Source of the DNA: a virus
Virus record (IMG/VR): IMGVR_UViG_3300042321_002027
Reading direction: 5' to 3' (one strand)
DNA: 64,000 nt
The stretch's first letter is position 1. Every line of letters begins with the position of its first letter. The notes below the pieces were generated by a model that was not told the origin of the DNA, searched no databases, and worked only from the letters and a program-made list of their open reading frames with translations. Shown piece by piece: positions 16,260-24,385 of the stretch. The position numbers were made by a program, and so were the translations under genes.

Positions 16260-17402
16260 TTGAAAGGAACCACTATGGCTCGTCGTCCATCTCTCATTCC
16301 CAAGACTAAGAAGAAGGTTCGTTCCACCAAGACCGAATCTTATCTTGTCAATCAGAAGTATCTGGGCGACGAACCTATCTTTGCGAAAGGCAAGGACACA
16401 AGTATCTCTCGCGCATTTAATTGGTATAATGTGATGTGTGATGTGAACGATGCGCGAGAGTACACTGTAGAATATTTTAAGAACATCGGTAATACAGAAA
16501 TGGTTAAGGTCGCTAAGGCGATCCCTGACAAACTGTTCCCGATGACGAGCGCATGGGTGTTTCGCATGCTCGCGCGAGGGGCGCAGTTTGATGATGAATT
16601 TATTTCGCGTGCTGTTGATCGTTTGCGCGCTATCAAGTCTAACGGTGAAAACACTGTTGATGATATTGCTGAAAGCAAACCCTCCAATGTAATTAACATT
16701 CAAGATCGTATTCGCGACAAGGCTTCTGATCTTATTGGTGATGTTGAAGAACTGCTAGACAAGGGCGAAGAATTTTCTCTCTATGACTGGCTCAGGTCGA
16801 ATGAGATTCCTGCTACTTATGCACCTCGCATTGCTGCGTATTATGCGCCAGTGCTTGCCGAGCTCATTGAAGCTGCTGAAGGGAAAGATCCGCAGCTGAA
16901 AGAAGGCTACAAGCATTACACCAAGAAGCAGCTTGAAGCTCGCGTTCTGTTCTTCAACAACCTGATTGAAGATGCAGAACGTTACACTGATATAACCAAG
17001 AAAACTCGTAAGCCCCGTAAGCCTCGTACGATTTCGGTAGAAAAGAAGTTGAAGCATTTCAAGTATCAAAAGGAAGACAGCAACTATAAGATTGCTTCTG
17101 TAAACCCTGAAAAAATTATTGGATCTCAGGAGCTTTGGACCTTTAATACTAAGTACAAGACTCTTACGGTATTTCGTGCTATTGATCGTGGTGGTTTGCA
17201 AGTTAAAGGAACCAGCATTGTAAATTATGATGATAACAACTCTGTTACAAAGCGCACAGGCAGAAAGCCTGAGTACTATGTTGATCGAGTTTTGAATGGA
17301 GGTAAGGTGATTCTCAGGAAGTTGATGGACGAACTGAAGAATGATGCTCCTTTGTCTTACCGTATTAACGAAAACACTATTATCCTAAAGGTAGTATCAT
17401 GA
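16260..17402 (+). CDS. Conserved hypothetical protein of T4-like phages (likely start 16275)
   Basis: Long ORF, AAGGA SD, promoter-like element upstream. Confidence 0.75.
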   Translation: MKGTTMARRPSLIPKTKKKVRSTKTESYLVNQKYLGDEPIFAKGKDTSISRAFNWYNVMCDVNDAREYTVEYFKNIGNTEMVKVAKAIPDKLFPMTSAWVFRMLARGAQFDDEFISRAVDRLRAIKSNGENTVDDIAESKPSNVINIQDRIRDKASDLIGDVEELLDKGEEFSLYDWLRSNEIPATYAPRIAAYYAPVLAELIEAAEGKDPQLKEGYKHYTKKQLEARVLFFNNLIEDAERYTDITKKTRKPRKPRTISVEKKLKHFKYQKEDSNYKIASVNPEKIIGSQELWTFNTKYKTLTVFRAIDRGGLQVKGTSIVNYDDNNSVTKRTGRKPEYYVDRVLNGGKVILRKLMDELKNDAPLSYRINENTIILKVVS

Positions 17403-17692
17403 AGAAATTTTTAATCACTGCAGTTGCTCTTGCTACATTGGTAGTTTCCACCACACCCTCAATGGCAGACAACTCTGAAGAAGTAGCCATCGGCATTCTT
17501 GGTGGAGTTGTAGGCGGACTTATCCTTGGTGAGGTTTTAGAAAAACCTCGTCACTCTCACCCTGTTCGTGTATACGAATATGAAGAACCTTACATGGTTC
17601 GCGAGTGTGTAACTAAATATAGACGTTATTACGATTCAATGGGTAATCTTGTGCGACGTCCTGTGAAAAGATGTTATTGGGTTTATGAATAA
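17399..17692 (+). CDS. Secreted glycine-zipper protein
   Basis: Signal peptide (MKKFLITAVALA...SMA), GILGGVVGGLILG, C-terminal Cys pair. Confidence 0.65.
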   Translation: MKKFLITAVALATLVVSTTPSMADNSEEVAIGILGGVVGGLILGEVLEKPRHSHPVRVYEYEEPYMVRECVTKYRRYYDSMGNLVRRPVKRCYWVYE

Positions 17693-17710
17693 ATAAAAAA
17701 AGGATTAGTT

Positions 17711-18358
17711 ATGGACAGAGGTGTTTTTAGATCGATCGTTACTCCATATAGTATGACAACAGCGCCAAGAATTAATGCATTGTTCCAAAGTATGGAATAT
17801 ATCAGAAAAAATAATTTCAGCGGCGACTATGTTGAGTGTGGTGTGTGGCGAGGTGGTAATATATTGGGAATGATGAGGTATCTTGAATACCATAACAACA
17901 CTGAACCTAATATTTGGTTGTATGATACATTTTCCGGAATGACTCCTCCTGAAAGCGTTGACGTTGATTTTATGAATAACAAGGCTTCTGATATTCTAGA
18001 AAATGTTCTTTGTATGAATTCATTAGATGAAGTTAAACAGGCATTGACGAACAGCAATTATCCAACTGATAAGATTAAGTATGTCATTGGTGACATTTGC
18101 GAAACTCTCTTAGTTAAGGAGAACGTTCCTGAAAAGATCGCATTGCTGAGGTTAGATACAGATTGGTATAATTCTACAAAGGTTGAATTGGAAGTTTTGT
18201 GGGATAAACTTGAAGTTGGTGCACCTTGCATCATTGACGATTATGGACATTGGCAAGGTTGTAGAATGGCAGTTGATGAATTTTTCGCGAAGCTGCCACA
18301 GGCTCATGAATTTGAACAAATAGATTACACTTGTGTTAGAACACACAAGATTTGTTAA
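17711..18358 (+). CDS. TylF/MycF/NovP-family O-methyltransferase
   Basis: GDYVECGVWRGG, LYDTFSGM, LLRLDTDWYNST, IIDDYGHWQGC. Confidence 0.9.
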   Translation: MDRGVFRSIVTPYSMTTAPRINALFQSMEYIRKNNFSGDYVECGVWRGGNILGMMRYLEYHNNTEPNIWLYDTFSGMTPPESVDVDFMNNKASDILENVLCMNSLDEVKQALTNSNYPTDKIKYVIGDICETLLVKENVPEKIALLRLDTDWYNSTKVELEVLWDKLEVGAPCIIDDYGHWQGCRMAVDEFFAKLPQAHEFEQIDYTCVRTHKIC

Positions 18359-18361
18359 GGA

Positions 18362-18567
18362 ATTATCGTTGAAGGAAAACGAAAGACACTGAGGACGCCG
18401 AGCGTTACTAATGAAGTTGATCAAATTAGAAGAGTTTATTATAGCTGATACCGGAGTAAAGGTCACGATTCTTGTTGACATTGCTACAATGGGTAAAGCA
18501 TACGCTGAGGCTCATCTGAAATGGCCAAAGATATTATCGTTGAAGGAATACGAAAAACACTGAGGAC
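18362..18567 (+). repeat. 35-bp direct repeat (33/35 identical) flanking a 50-aa ORF (18411-18563)
   Basis: attatcgttgaaggaWacgaaaRacactgaggac-type unit at 18362-18396 and 18533-18567. Confidence 0.85.
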
Positions 18568-18835
18568 TGGGGGGCAGTACCCCACGCCTCCACCAAAGAC
18601 ACACTACCTAATAATAGCGGCGTACCCGTGGGGTTATTAGGAGTCTTGCAAGCTGGTGTGTCTTTGATGGGGGCGAACTAGGATCGACTGAGTGTAGAAT
18701 AGTTGACTGGAGATAATCGTAGGCGACTACGTACAAGCGCAAAACTCTAAATGCAAACGATAACTTTGCACCTCGTTTGGCACTAGCTGCCTAACATGAG
18801 TCCGGTGGGTACTTGGAAACAGAAACCCACCACCA
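18541..18835 (+). ncRNA. ssrA: Circularly permuted two-piece tmRNA (alphaproteobacterial type); outer ends approximate
   Basis: Acceptor piece with GGCAGTAC T-loop ends CGCCTCCACCA at 18595. The intervening stem is AAAGACACAC/GTGTGTCTTT. The coding piece starts GGGGGCGAA at 18669 (G3-U pair). Tag 18753-18794 = ANDNFAPRLALAA*. Confidence 0.93.
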
Positions 18836-18880
18836 ATTTCGCTTGACATTAAATCGGTGTCAGGGTACAATGAATAATAA

Positions 18881-18963
18881 GGCCACGTAACCGAGGACGG
18901 CTTCTACCCGTTTACACGTAACTGGAGTTGCAAATGGGGGTTCGAATCCCTCCGTGGTCGCCA
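18881..18963 (+). tRNA. Atypical tRNA-Arg(UCU)-like gene lacking a D-arm
   Basis: Acceptor GGCCACG/CGTGGTC-G-CCA; T-arm GGGGG-TTCGAAT-CCCTC; anticodon arm GACGG-CTTCTAC-CCGTT; promoter 18843 directly upstream. Confidence 0.7.
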
Positions 18964-18985
18964 TTTATAATGCAGGAGAAAAGTA

Positions 18986-19255
18986 GTGAGCGGAACTAAG
19001 ACTAAGACCAAGTACGTTTCTAAGGGCGAGCGTCGCTCTATTTCTAAGGACACATCCAAGGCAGTCAAACGCGATCGTACACCTGTTGAGCGTTGGACAA
19101 TCAAGCAGAAGGCTTGGTTGAAGGGATTGAATCCTTGGATCAGTGTTCCTAACGGTAATACCTCAGACACTCGTGCGCGCTTTGTGCGTGTGCGTGCAGA
19201 GACCGAATGGGGTGACCCGAACAAGGGATATATCGCTGGTCCTCAGAAGGACTAA
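18986..19255 (+). CDS. Basic hypothetical protein
   Basis: AGGAG SD, GTG start. Confidence 0.65.
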   Translation: MSGTKTKTKYVSKGERRSISKDTSKAVKRDRTPVERWTIKQKAWLKGLNPWISVPNGNTSDTRARFVRVRAETEWGDPNKGYIAGPQKD

Positions 19256-19257
19256 TC

Positions 19258-19551
19258 ATGGAATCGGTGGTTGATAACAAAGCTTTGTTCTATAAATTTT
19301 TAGATTCGTATTTTACATCCGAATATGGTTGTGAATATGGCACACTGATCTCTAAACTTGAAAAAGAAGGAAAGCTGGAATTAGTTCCTGGAGATATTCA
19401 ATTCAACGATAAAAATGAACATTGGTGTGGAACGCTTTATTTAAAGATTGATGAATCAAAGATGAAGCTAGAAAACGTCATTAATGAATTAATTCATTAT
19501 CCAAACGAAATGCATTATGAAAATGGTGTTCTTCGTCTTTGGTGGGATTAA
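19258..19551 (+). CDS. Hypothetical protein (ends LRLWWD)
   Basis: ORF with SD. Confidence 0.6.
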   Translation: MESVVDNKALFYKFLDSYFTSEYGCEYGTLISKLEKEGKLELVPGDIQFNDKNEHWCGTLYLKIDESKMKLENVINELIHYPNEMHYENGVLRLWWD

Positions 19552-19556
19552 AATAT

Positions 19557-19648
19557 GGGCGTGGGTGTTGGTACACAAGAGCGGCTTATACTCGCTTTAG
19601 CACTAGATCGGTGTTCTCGACAGGGTTCGAATCCTTGCACGCCTACCA
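19557..19648 (+). tRNA. Atypical tRNA with UAU anticodon (Ile by anticodon), long variable arm and D-tetraloop
   Basis: Acceptor GGGCGTG/CACGCCT-A-CCA; D-arm GTGT-TGGT-ACAC; anticodon arm GAGCGG-CTTATAC-TCGCTT; T-arm CAGGG-TTCGAAT-CCTTG. Confidence 0.75.
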
Positions 19649-19666
19649 CTTCTTTGAAAGAGTAAA

Positions 19667-19876
19667 ATGAAAACGAAACTCGTTAGGGATATTCCTATTG
19701 GCGTTCTTTTAATTGTTCTTTCTTTATGGTGTGTGGCAACAATCCAATATCTTTCTGGATGGCCAAATATCATTCCTTTGCTTGGAATATTATTTCTTGC
19801 GAATTTCGGTTATCGCCTTTTGTCCGTTGGCCTGGACGTAATAATAGGTGTACAAATTGCAGATAAAAATGATTAA
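19667..19876 (+). CDS. Small membrane protein
   Basis: Two hydrophobic segments. Confidence 0.55.
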   Translation: MKTKLVRDIPIGVLLIVLSLWCVATIQYLSGWPNIIPLLGILFLANFGYRLLSVGLDVIIGVQIADKND

Positions 19877-20084
19877 AAATAACTTCGTGGAAGAAATTGA
19901 TATTTTATGCCGCGAAAAAAATATCGAGTATATTGATGCAATTGTCATGTGGTGTGAGAAAAATAATCTAGAAGTAGAAACTGCTGCTTATTGGGTTAAG
20001 AAGGATCAATGCATGAAAATGAAGATTCAAGCTGAAGCAGAAAATCTAAATATCCTTAAGAAAGGTGCAAGATTACCGATCTAA
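19869..20084 (+). CDS. gp33: Late transcription coactivator gp33
   Basis: IEYIDAIVMWCEKNNLEVE...KIQAEAENLNILKK..RLPI; synteny with gp59 and gp32. Confidence 0.85.
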   Translation: MIKNNFVEEIDILCREKNIEYIDAIVMWCEKNNLEVETAAYWVKKDQCMKMKIQAEAENLNILKKGARLPI

Positions 20085-20106
20085 ATTTAATCATTGAGAG
20101 GCTCCC

Positions 20107-20547
20107 ATGCAAATACGTACAAAGGGAAAACCTGATAATGTGTCTAGATCGTTATGTAAAGAGTCTCTTCAGTTTTATGCGAATGAATTATTAGGTAAGA
20201 GACTTTCAAAAAATATCAGTTTACAATTGGTGTTTGAAAAATTACCAAGTCCTTATTTCGCAATTTGTGACTGGAATGACGATGGTCCAGTTCATCGAAA
20301 CTTCATTGTAATAATAAGCAAAACTCTAAAGAAAAGATCGATGTTGGTTACTCTCGCGCATGAGATGGTTCACATCAAGCAATATGCTAGAAAAGAGTTG
20401 CAAGACAATAAACATCGTGACAGTGTAAAGTGGCTTGGGAAAGTGTTTTGTTTAAACAAGACCAAGTACCACAAAAGACCTTGGGAAATAGAAGCTTATG
20501 CTAAAGATAAGCCATTATACGAAAAGTTCAAACAAAGAAATAAATGA
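20107..20547 (+). CDS. Zincin-type metallopeptidase-like protein
   Basis: TLAHEMVHIKQY...PWEIEAY (HExxH). Confidence 0.75.
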   Translation: MQIRTKGKPDNVSRSLCKESLQFYANELLGKRLSKNISLQLVFEKLPSPYFAICDWNDDGPVHRNFIVIISKTLKKRSMLVTLAHEMVHIKQYARKELQDNKHRDSVKWLGKVFCLNKTKYHKRPWEIEAYAKDKPLYEKFKQRNK

Positions 20548-21122
20548 TGTCAGCATTTGAATGTTACAAAGAGTATCTTGCGTTGAAAAATCATTTCTCG
20601 AAACAAGAATATGATTACTTCAAATATAACGGAAAGCTAAAGGTAAATCCTGATACTTTCAATTCTCGAAAAGATAAATTGTTTTTTCAAAAGCTTGCTA
20701 AACATCCGGATGTTCATAATTTTCTTGTAGCTAATCTTAGCAAAAACGAGAAAGCTTGGATTAAGGATTTGGCGTATAGCGAAGATGCTGAGAAAACATA
20801 CAAGGATTGGCTGAAGCGCAATCAGTCTTTAACATATGTGCTGAAAAACGAACTTCAGTATCTTGTCCCCGATTTTAATTTGAATTTTACGAGTCATGGT
20901 TCAGATCATCCTTGTCTTTTAAAATTATATTTGGGCGGATATGTAAGTTTAGAAACTCTTTGCATCCTTCTACACCTAACAAAGGCAAAGAAGCATTGGG
21001 ATTCTAAGATGGAGTATGATCTAGTCTATCAAGAAGTTAAGTTGAAGATTGAGAAATATACGCCATTTATTAAGTACGATAAAGAAAAAGTGAAAAATAT
21101 TGTCATTGACTTTTTTAGCTGA
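20544..21122 (+). CDS. gp59: Helicase loader gp59
   Basis: YLALKNHF...YDYFKYNGK...RKDKLFFQKLA...SLETL. Confidence 0.85.
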   Translation: MMSAFECYKEYLALKNHFSKQEYDYFKYNGKLKVNPDTFNSRKDKLFFQKLAKHPDVHNFLVANLSKNEKAWIKDLAYSEDAEKTYKDWLKRNQSLTYVLKNELQYLVPDFNLNFTSHGSDHPCLLKLYLGGYVSLETLCILLHLTKAKKHWDSKMEYDLVYQEVKLKIEKYTPFIKYDKEKVKNIVIDFFS

Positions 21123-21203
21123 TGGTAGTATACTAAATAATGTTGCGGCTGATAAAAGCCAATACGAAACATACATTGCAATACAAAACATACGGAGATA
21201 CAT

Positions 21204-22121
21204 ATGGTAGACTTTTCTAAGCTCAAGGCCAATTCTGGCAAGAAGTCCCTCGAAGACCTTAATAAGAAGCTGTCAAGCTTGGCTGGTAATGAGGGCAAGG
21301 GTGCTGACGATCGTTTCTGGTCAGCCACAGTAGACAAGGCTGGTAACGGCTATGCTGTCATCCGATTCCTCCCCGCTCCCCAAAACGAAGACGTTCCTTT
21401 CATTCGCATGTTCGACCATGGTTTCCAGGGTCCGGGCGGATGGTACATTGAAAACTCTTTGACAACTCTTGGTAAACCCGATCCTGTTTCGGAGTATAAT
21501 TCCAAGCTTTGGAATAGCGGCATTGAAGCCAACAAGGAAATCGCACGTAAGCAGAAGCGTCGCCTTCACTTCATTGCGAATATTTACATTGTCCAAGATT
21601 CGGGTAATCCCGACAATGAAGGTAAGGTTTTCCTCTTCAAGTTTGGCAAGAAGATTTTCGACAAGCTCAATGAAGCTATGAATCCTCAGTTTGCCGACGA
21701 GGAAGCTGTTAATCCTTTCGACCTTTGGGCTGGAGCTAACTTCAAGCTGAAGATTCGTAACGTCGAAGGTTATCGTAATTATGATAAGTCAGAGTTTGAC
21801 AAGGCTGGTCCTTTGAAGAATGATGACTCTGAGCTTGAAGCAATTTGGAAGAAGGAACATTCTCTACAAACTTTCCTTGATCCTAGCAACTTCAAGAGCT
21901 ATGATGAACTGAAGGCCAAGCTTATGAAGGCTCTGGCTGAAGATAACTCTCCCGCCTCTGCTCGCAAGAAGGCTGAAGATGAAGATCTTCCATGGGATGA
22001 AGATTCCGCACCTGCTCCTAAGCAGAAGGCAAAGGCTGCTCCTGAATTTAATAGTTCAGCAATTGAAGAAGATGATGACGAGTCATTGGAATTCTTTAAG
22101 AATTTAGCTAACAAGAAGTAA
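21204..22121 (+). CDS. gp32: Single-stranded DNA-binding protein gp32
   Basis: DDRFW...DKAGNGYAVIRFLP...GWYIENSLTTLG...FKFGKKIFDK...YRNYDKSEF; acidic tail. Confidence 0.97.
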   Translation: MVDFSKLKANSGKKSLEDLNKKLSSLAGNEGKGADDRFWSATVDKAGNGYAVIRFLPAPQNEDVPFIRMFDHGFQGPGGWYIENSLTTLGKPDPVSEYNSKLWNSGIEANKEIARKQKRRLHFIANIYIVQDSGNPDNEGKVFLFKFGKKIFDKLNEAMNPQFADEEAVNPFDLWAGANFKLKIRNVEGYRNYDKSEFDKAGPLKNDDSELEAIWKKEHSLQTFLDPSNFKSYDELKAKLMKALAEDNSPASARKKAEDEDLPWDEDSAPAPKQKAKAAPEFNSSAIEEDDDESLEFFKNLANKK

Positions 22122-22126
22122 AATAT

Positions 22127-22152
22127 AAAGGGAGCTTCGGCTCCCTTTTTTT
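22127..22152. terminator. Bidirectional terminator with UUCG tetraloop
   Basis: AAA-GGGAGC-TTCG-GCTCCC-TTTTTTT between convergent genes. Confidence 0.9.
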
Positions 22153-24202
22153 ATGCCAGTACGCCACCTTTTAGATGCATTGAAGAATCGTTGTGTATTC
22201 TTCCCGCAAGTTGCTGATACCAAGATGGCGAAGAAGAATAGCCAGACAATGATGGATAACCCTGTCTGTCAAAACTTCCAGAAACTGGATACTGATTAGA
22301 AGGTAACTGTGGCTGTGTACTAACAGATTGTTGCTTAGAAGAGTAATCAATAGATTCTCTCATCATAGCAACGTCTTGTAGCACTTGTGAAGCTGCTGAA
22401 GAATCTTTTGTTATTAATGTTGCATCATCGCCTTCTGGATGCTCTTCATTATCAAAACTGAAAAACTCTTCATCATTATCTCTTCTTTTATCGTCGGTGT
22501 TTGCACCATATGGTCCTTTTTCACCTCCTGTAAAATCCATAGCTCCTGGAGGTTGAAAAATATTTTCAAAGAGATTTGTTGTTCCTGTTTTAGTTATATT
22601 ATCAGCAAATGCTTGACCGTGTTTCGCGCCAGCGCCCATGGGACCTAGCGTGATTAAATCGCTCAAAAATGGAAATCCTCCACTCATCATACCCATTGCG
22701 CTTAATAATCCTGAACCTATTCCAGCAAAAGGGGTTCCCGCCAAGTATTCGTTAGCAGAACTAAGCATGCTATCAATGCCTGGAATGCCAGTTATACCAC
22801 CAGAAGATGTCGCTCCGTCAGTGTATCCGCCTTCAGAAGTTAAATCGCTGTTATTGTATACTCCAGATGCTGCTGCTTTGATCCAAGGCGCACCGCCCCA
22901 AACTGCTTGCTTACCAAATCCAACGTGAATTGTGTCAGGTCCCATATAATTGTGTCCTGCACCAACGCCAGTAGCACCAGCAGCGACAGCAGCCGATACG
23001 AATTTGGCCATAATTTCCCTGTCGCTAGGATTGGTGTCAACAAGCAATTTTCCATTTTTGTATAATTTTAAATCAGCTGCATTACCATTGTCGTGTCTAG
23101 TAGAACCTGTTCTAGGACCGCCTGACCCAATTGGTGCTTGACCGCCTGAATGAACAACAGCTTCTACACCAGCAGCTGCAGCAGCTTGATCTAAAACACC
23201 TCTAAGCTTTGAGCTAAGTGGGAGTTTTCTTATACCAGCTAGCGATTCTTGATTTTCATATACACCAGCTGCTTTGCTTTCGCCCATGACGTCACTTGTT
23301 GAATGGTATGTCCCTGATGGAGCAGAGGCATCATCTTTTTCTTGAACAGATTGCATTGCAGTTCCAAGAAATTGTTGGTATCTACCATCAGTGTACGCTC
23401 CCCAAGGCTTAAAACTTCCACCTGCTTCGTCGAAAATGTCTTTTGCTATTTGGATATTAATTTTAGGATCAAATAATTCTTCATTTGAAGATAATCCATA
23501 TTTTTCCCTTCTTTCTACACCAAGAGCACCCTTCATGTTAACTTGCCACAATCCGTAGGAATTATCTCTTCCTTTCGTATTGTGCGCAATTGGATTTCCG
23601 CTAGATTCAGCAGATCCAATTGCTCCCATAATTACTGCTTGTTCTTCTGTAAAACCAGCTTCTTTAGCCAATTGTACTAACTGAGCTGTTTTTATTTCTC
23701 CCGAAGCTTCTTGTGTTCCTGGTTTAGCTCCACCACCAAATAATCCAGAGAATGTACCGAAATTACTTTCTAATCCAGCGCCAGCTGCAACTAATCCAGC
23801 ACCTAAAGCTGTTTTACCGATAATACTCGCAAGACCGCCTCCTCCTCCCCCTACTCCGCTACCACTACCACCCTCTGCTACATCTAACAGTTTATTGATG
23901 CTTGAAGAAAGATTTTTCAATTCATTTAACATGTTAGTTTGAATTGAAATAGATTCTTGTAATATTACGTTTGTTTGATCTATTTTGCTAGAGGTAGAAG
24001 CTGCGCTTTGTTCTAAACTGTTTAACGAGCCACTTATGTCGCTTTGTTGTTTCGACTGAGAAGTAAACATCTTAGAAATATCTCTAATGAACTTAGAGAT
24101 ACTATTGTTTTGTTGTGAAGCAGCCTGTCTAAATTGACTGTTCTCTTGACCAATCTTAGATACGCTGGAAGTTAAGTTTTTGATAAAATCTAATGCTGCC
24201 AT
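22151..24202 (-). CDS. Tail lysin / tape-measure-like hub protein with SLT transglycosylase and M15-like peptidase domains
   Basis: N-terminal coiled coil; AESSGN...SYGLWQVN...WGAY (SLT); SGGQ...STRHDNGNAADL...IHVG (M15-like); lies downstream of gp26/gp51. Confidence 0.7.
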   Translation of the reverse strand: MAALDFIKNLTSSVSKIGQENSQFRQAASQQNNSISKFIRDISKMFTSQSKQQSDISGSLNSLEQSAASTSSKIDQTNVILQESISIQTNMLNELKNLSSSINKLLDVAEGGSGSGVGGGGGGLASIIGKTALGAGLVAAGAGLESNFGTFSGLFGGGAKPGTQEASGEIKTAQLVQLAKEAGFTEEQAVIMGAIGSAESSGNPIAHNTKGRDNSYGLWQVNMKGALGVERREKYGLSSNEELFDPKINIQIAKDIFDEAGGSFKPWGAYTDGRYQQFLGTAMQSVQEKDDASAPSGTYHSTSDVMGESKAAGVYENQESLAGIRKLPLSSKLRGVLDQAAAAAGVEAVVHSGGQAPIGSGGPRTGSTRHDNGNAADLKLYKNGKLLVDTNPSDREIMAKFVSAAVAAGATGVGAGHNYMGPDTIHVGFGKQAVWGGAPWIKAAASGVYNNSDLTSEGGYTDGATSSGGITGIPGIDSMLSSANEYLAGTPFAGIGSGLLSAMGMMSGGFPFLSDLITLGPMGAGAKHGQAFADNITKTGTTNLFENIFQPPGAMDFTGGEKGPYGANTDDKRRDNDEEFFSFDNEEHPEGDDATLITKDSSAASQVLQDVAMMRESIDYSSKQQSVSTQPQLPSNQYPVSGSFDRQGYPSLSGYSSSPSWYQQLAGRIHNDSSMHLKGGVLA

Positions 24203-24205
24203 TTT

Positions 24206-24385
24206 TTACGTTGCATTCTTCTTTTGTTTTTCTGCTTCTTCTAGATATTGCAATAACAAATTGACATAAACATCGCGCTCAAAGGGGATTAAATTTTCAA
24301 TTTCACTTATTGAATATTTATGGTGCTGAGCCAAAGAAAAAACCATCTTATAATAGCCTTTTAATGTGTTATGACTCAGCGCCAA
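24206..24385 (-). CDS. gp51: gp51-like baseplate hub assembly protein (no clear own start; possibly a frameshift product)
   Basis: LALSHNTLKGYYKMVFSLAQHHKYSISEIENLIPFERDVYVNLL, the cyanophage-type gp51 motif. Confidence 0.75.
   Translation of the reverse strand: MALSHNTLKGYYKMVFSLAQHHKYSISEIENLIPFERDVYVNLLLQYLEEAEKQKKNAT

Larger units (their letters stand above)
759..18871. promoter_or_regulatory. Family of ~26 phage early (host sigma70-type) promoters, consensus (C)TTGNNN-TTAATTC-N10-TANNNT
   Basis: Minus-strand copies: 759-787, 1309-1336, 2462-2490, 7601-7629, 7766-7794. Plus-strand copies start at 2505, 2860, 3092, 3387, 4803, 5324, 7643, 7830, 8078, 8410, 8626, 8888, 9224, 9446 (TTGACA-17-TATACT), 10067, 10335, 10888, 11131, 12142 (TTGACA-17-TATAAT), 14716, 18843. 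Spacer is 17 bp in nearly all, and most are followed by SD+ATG. Confidence 0.85.

Noticed and set aside
759-18871. CtrA boxes in the early promoters
   Set aside because: Only a single TTAA half-site is present; the TTAA-N7-TTAA full site was not seen in the copies examined.
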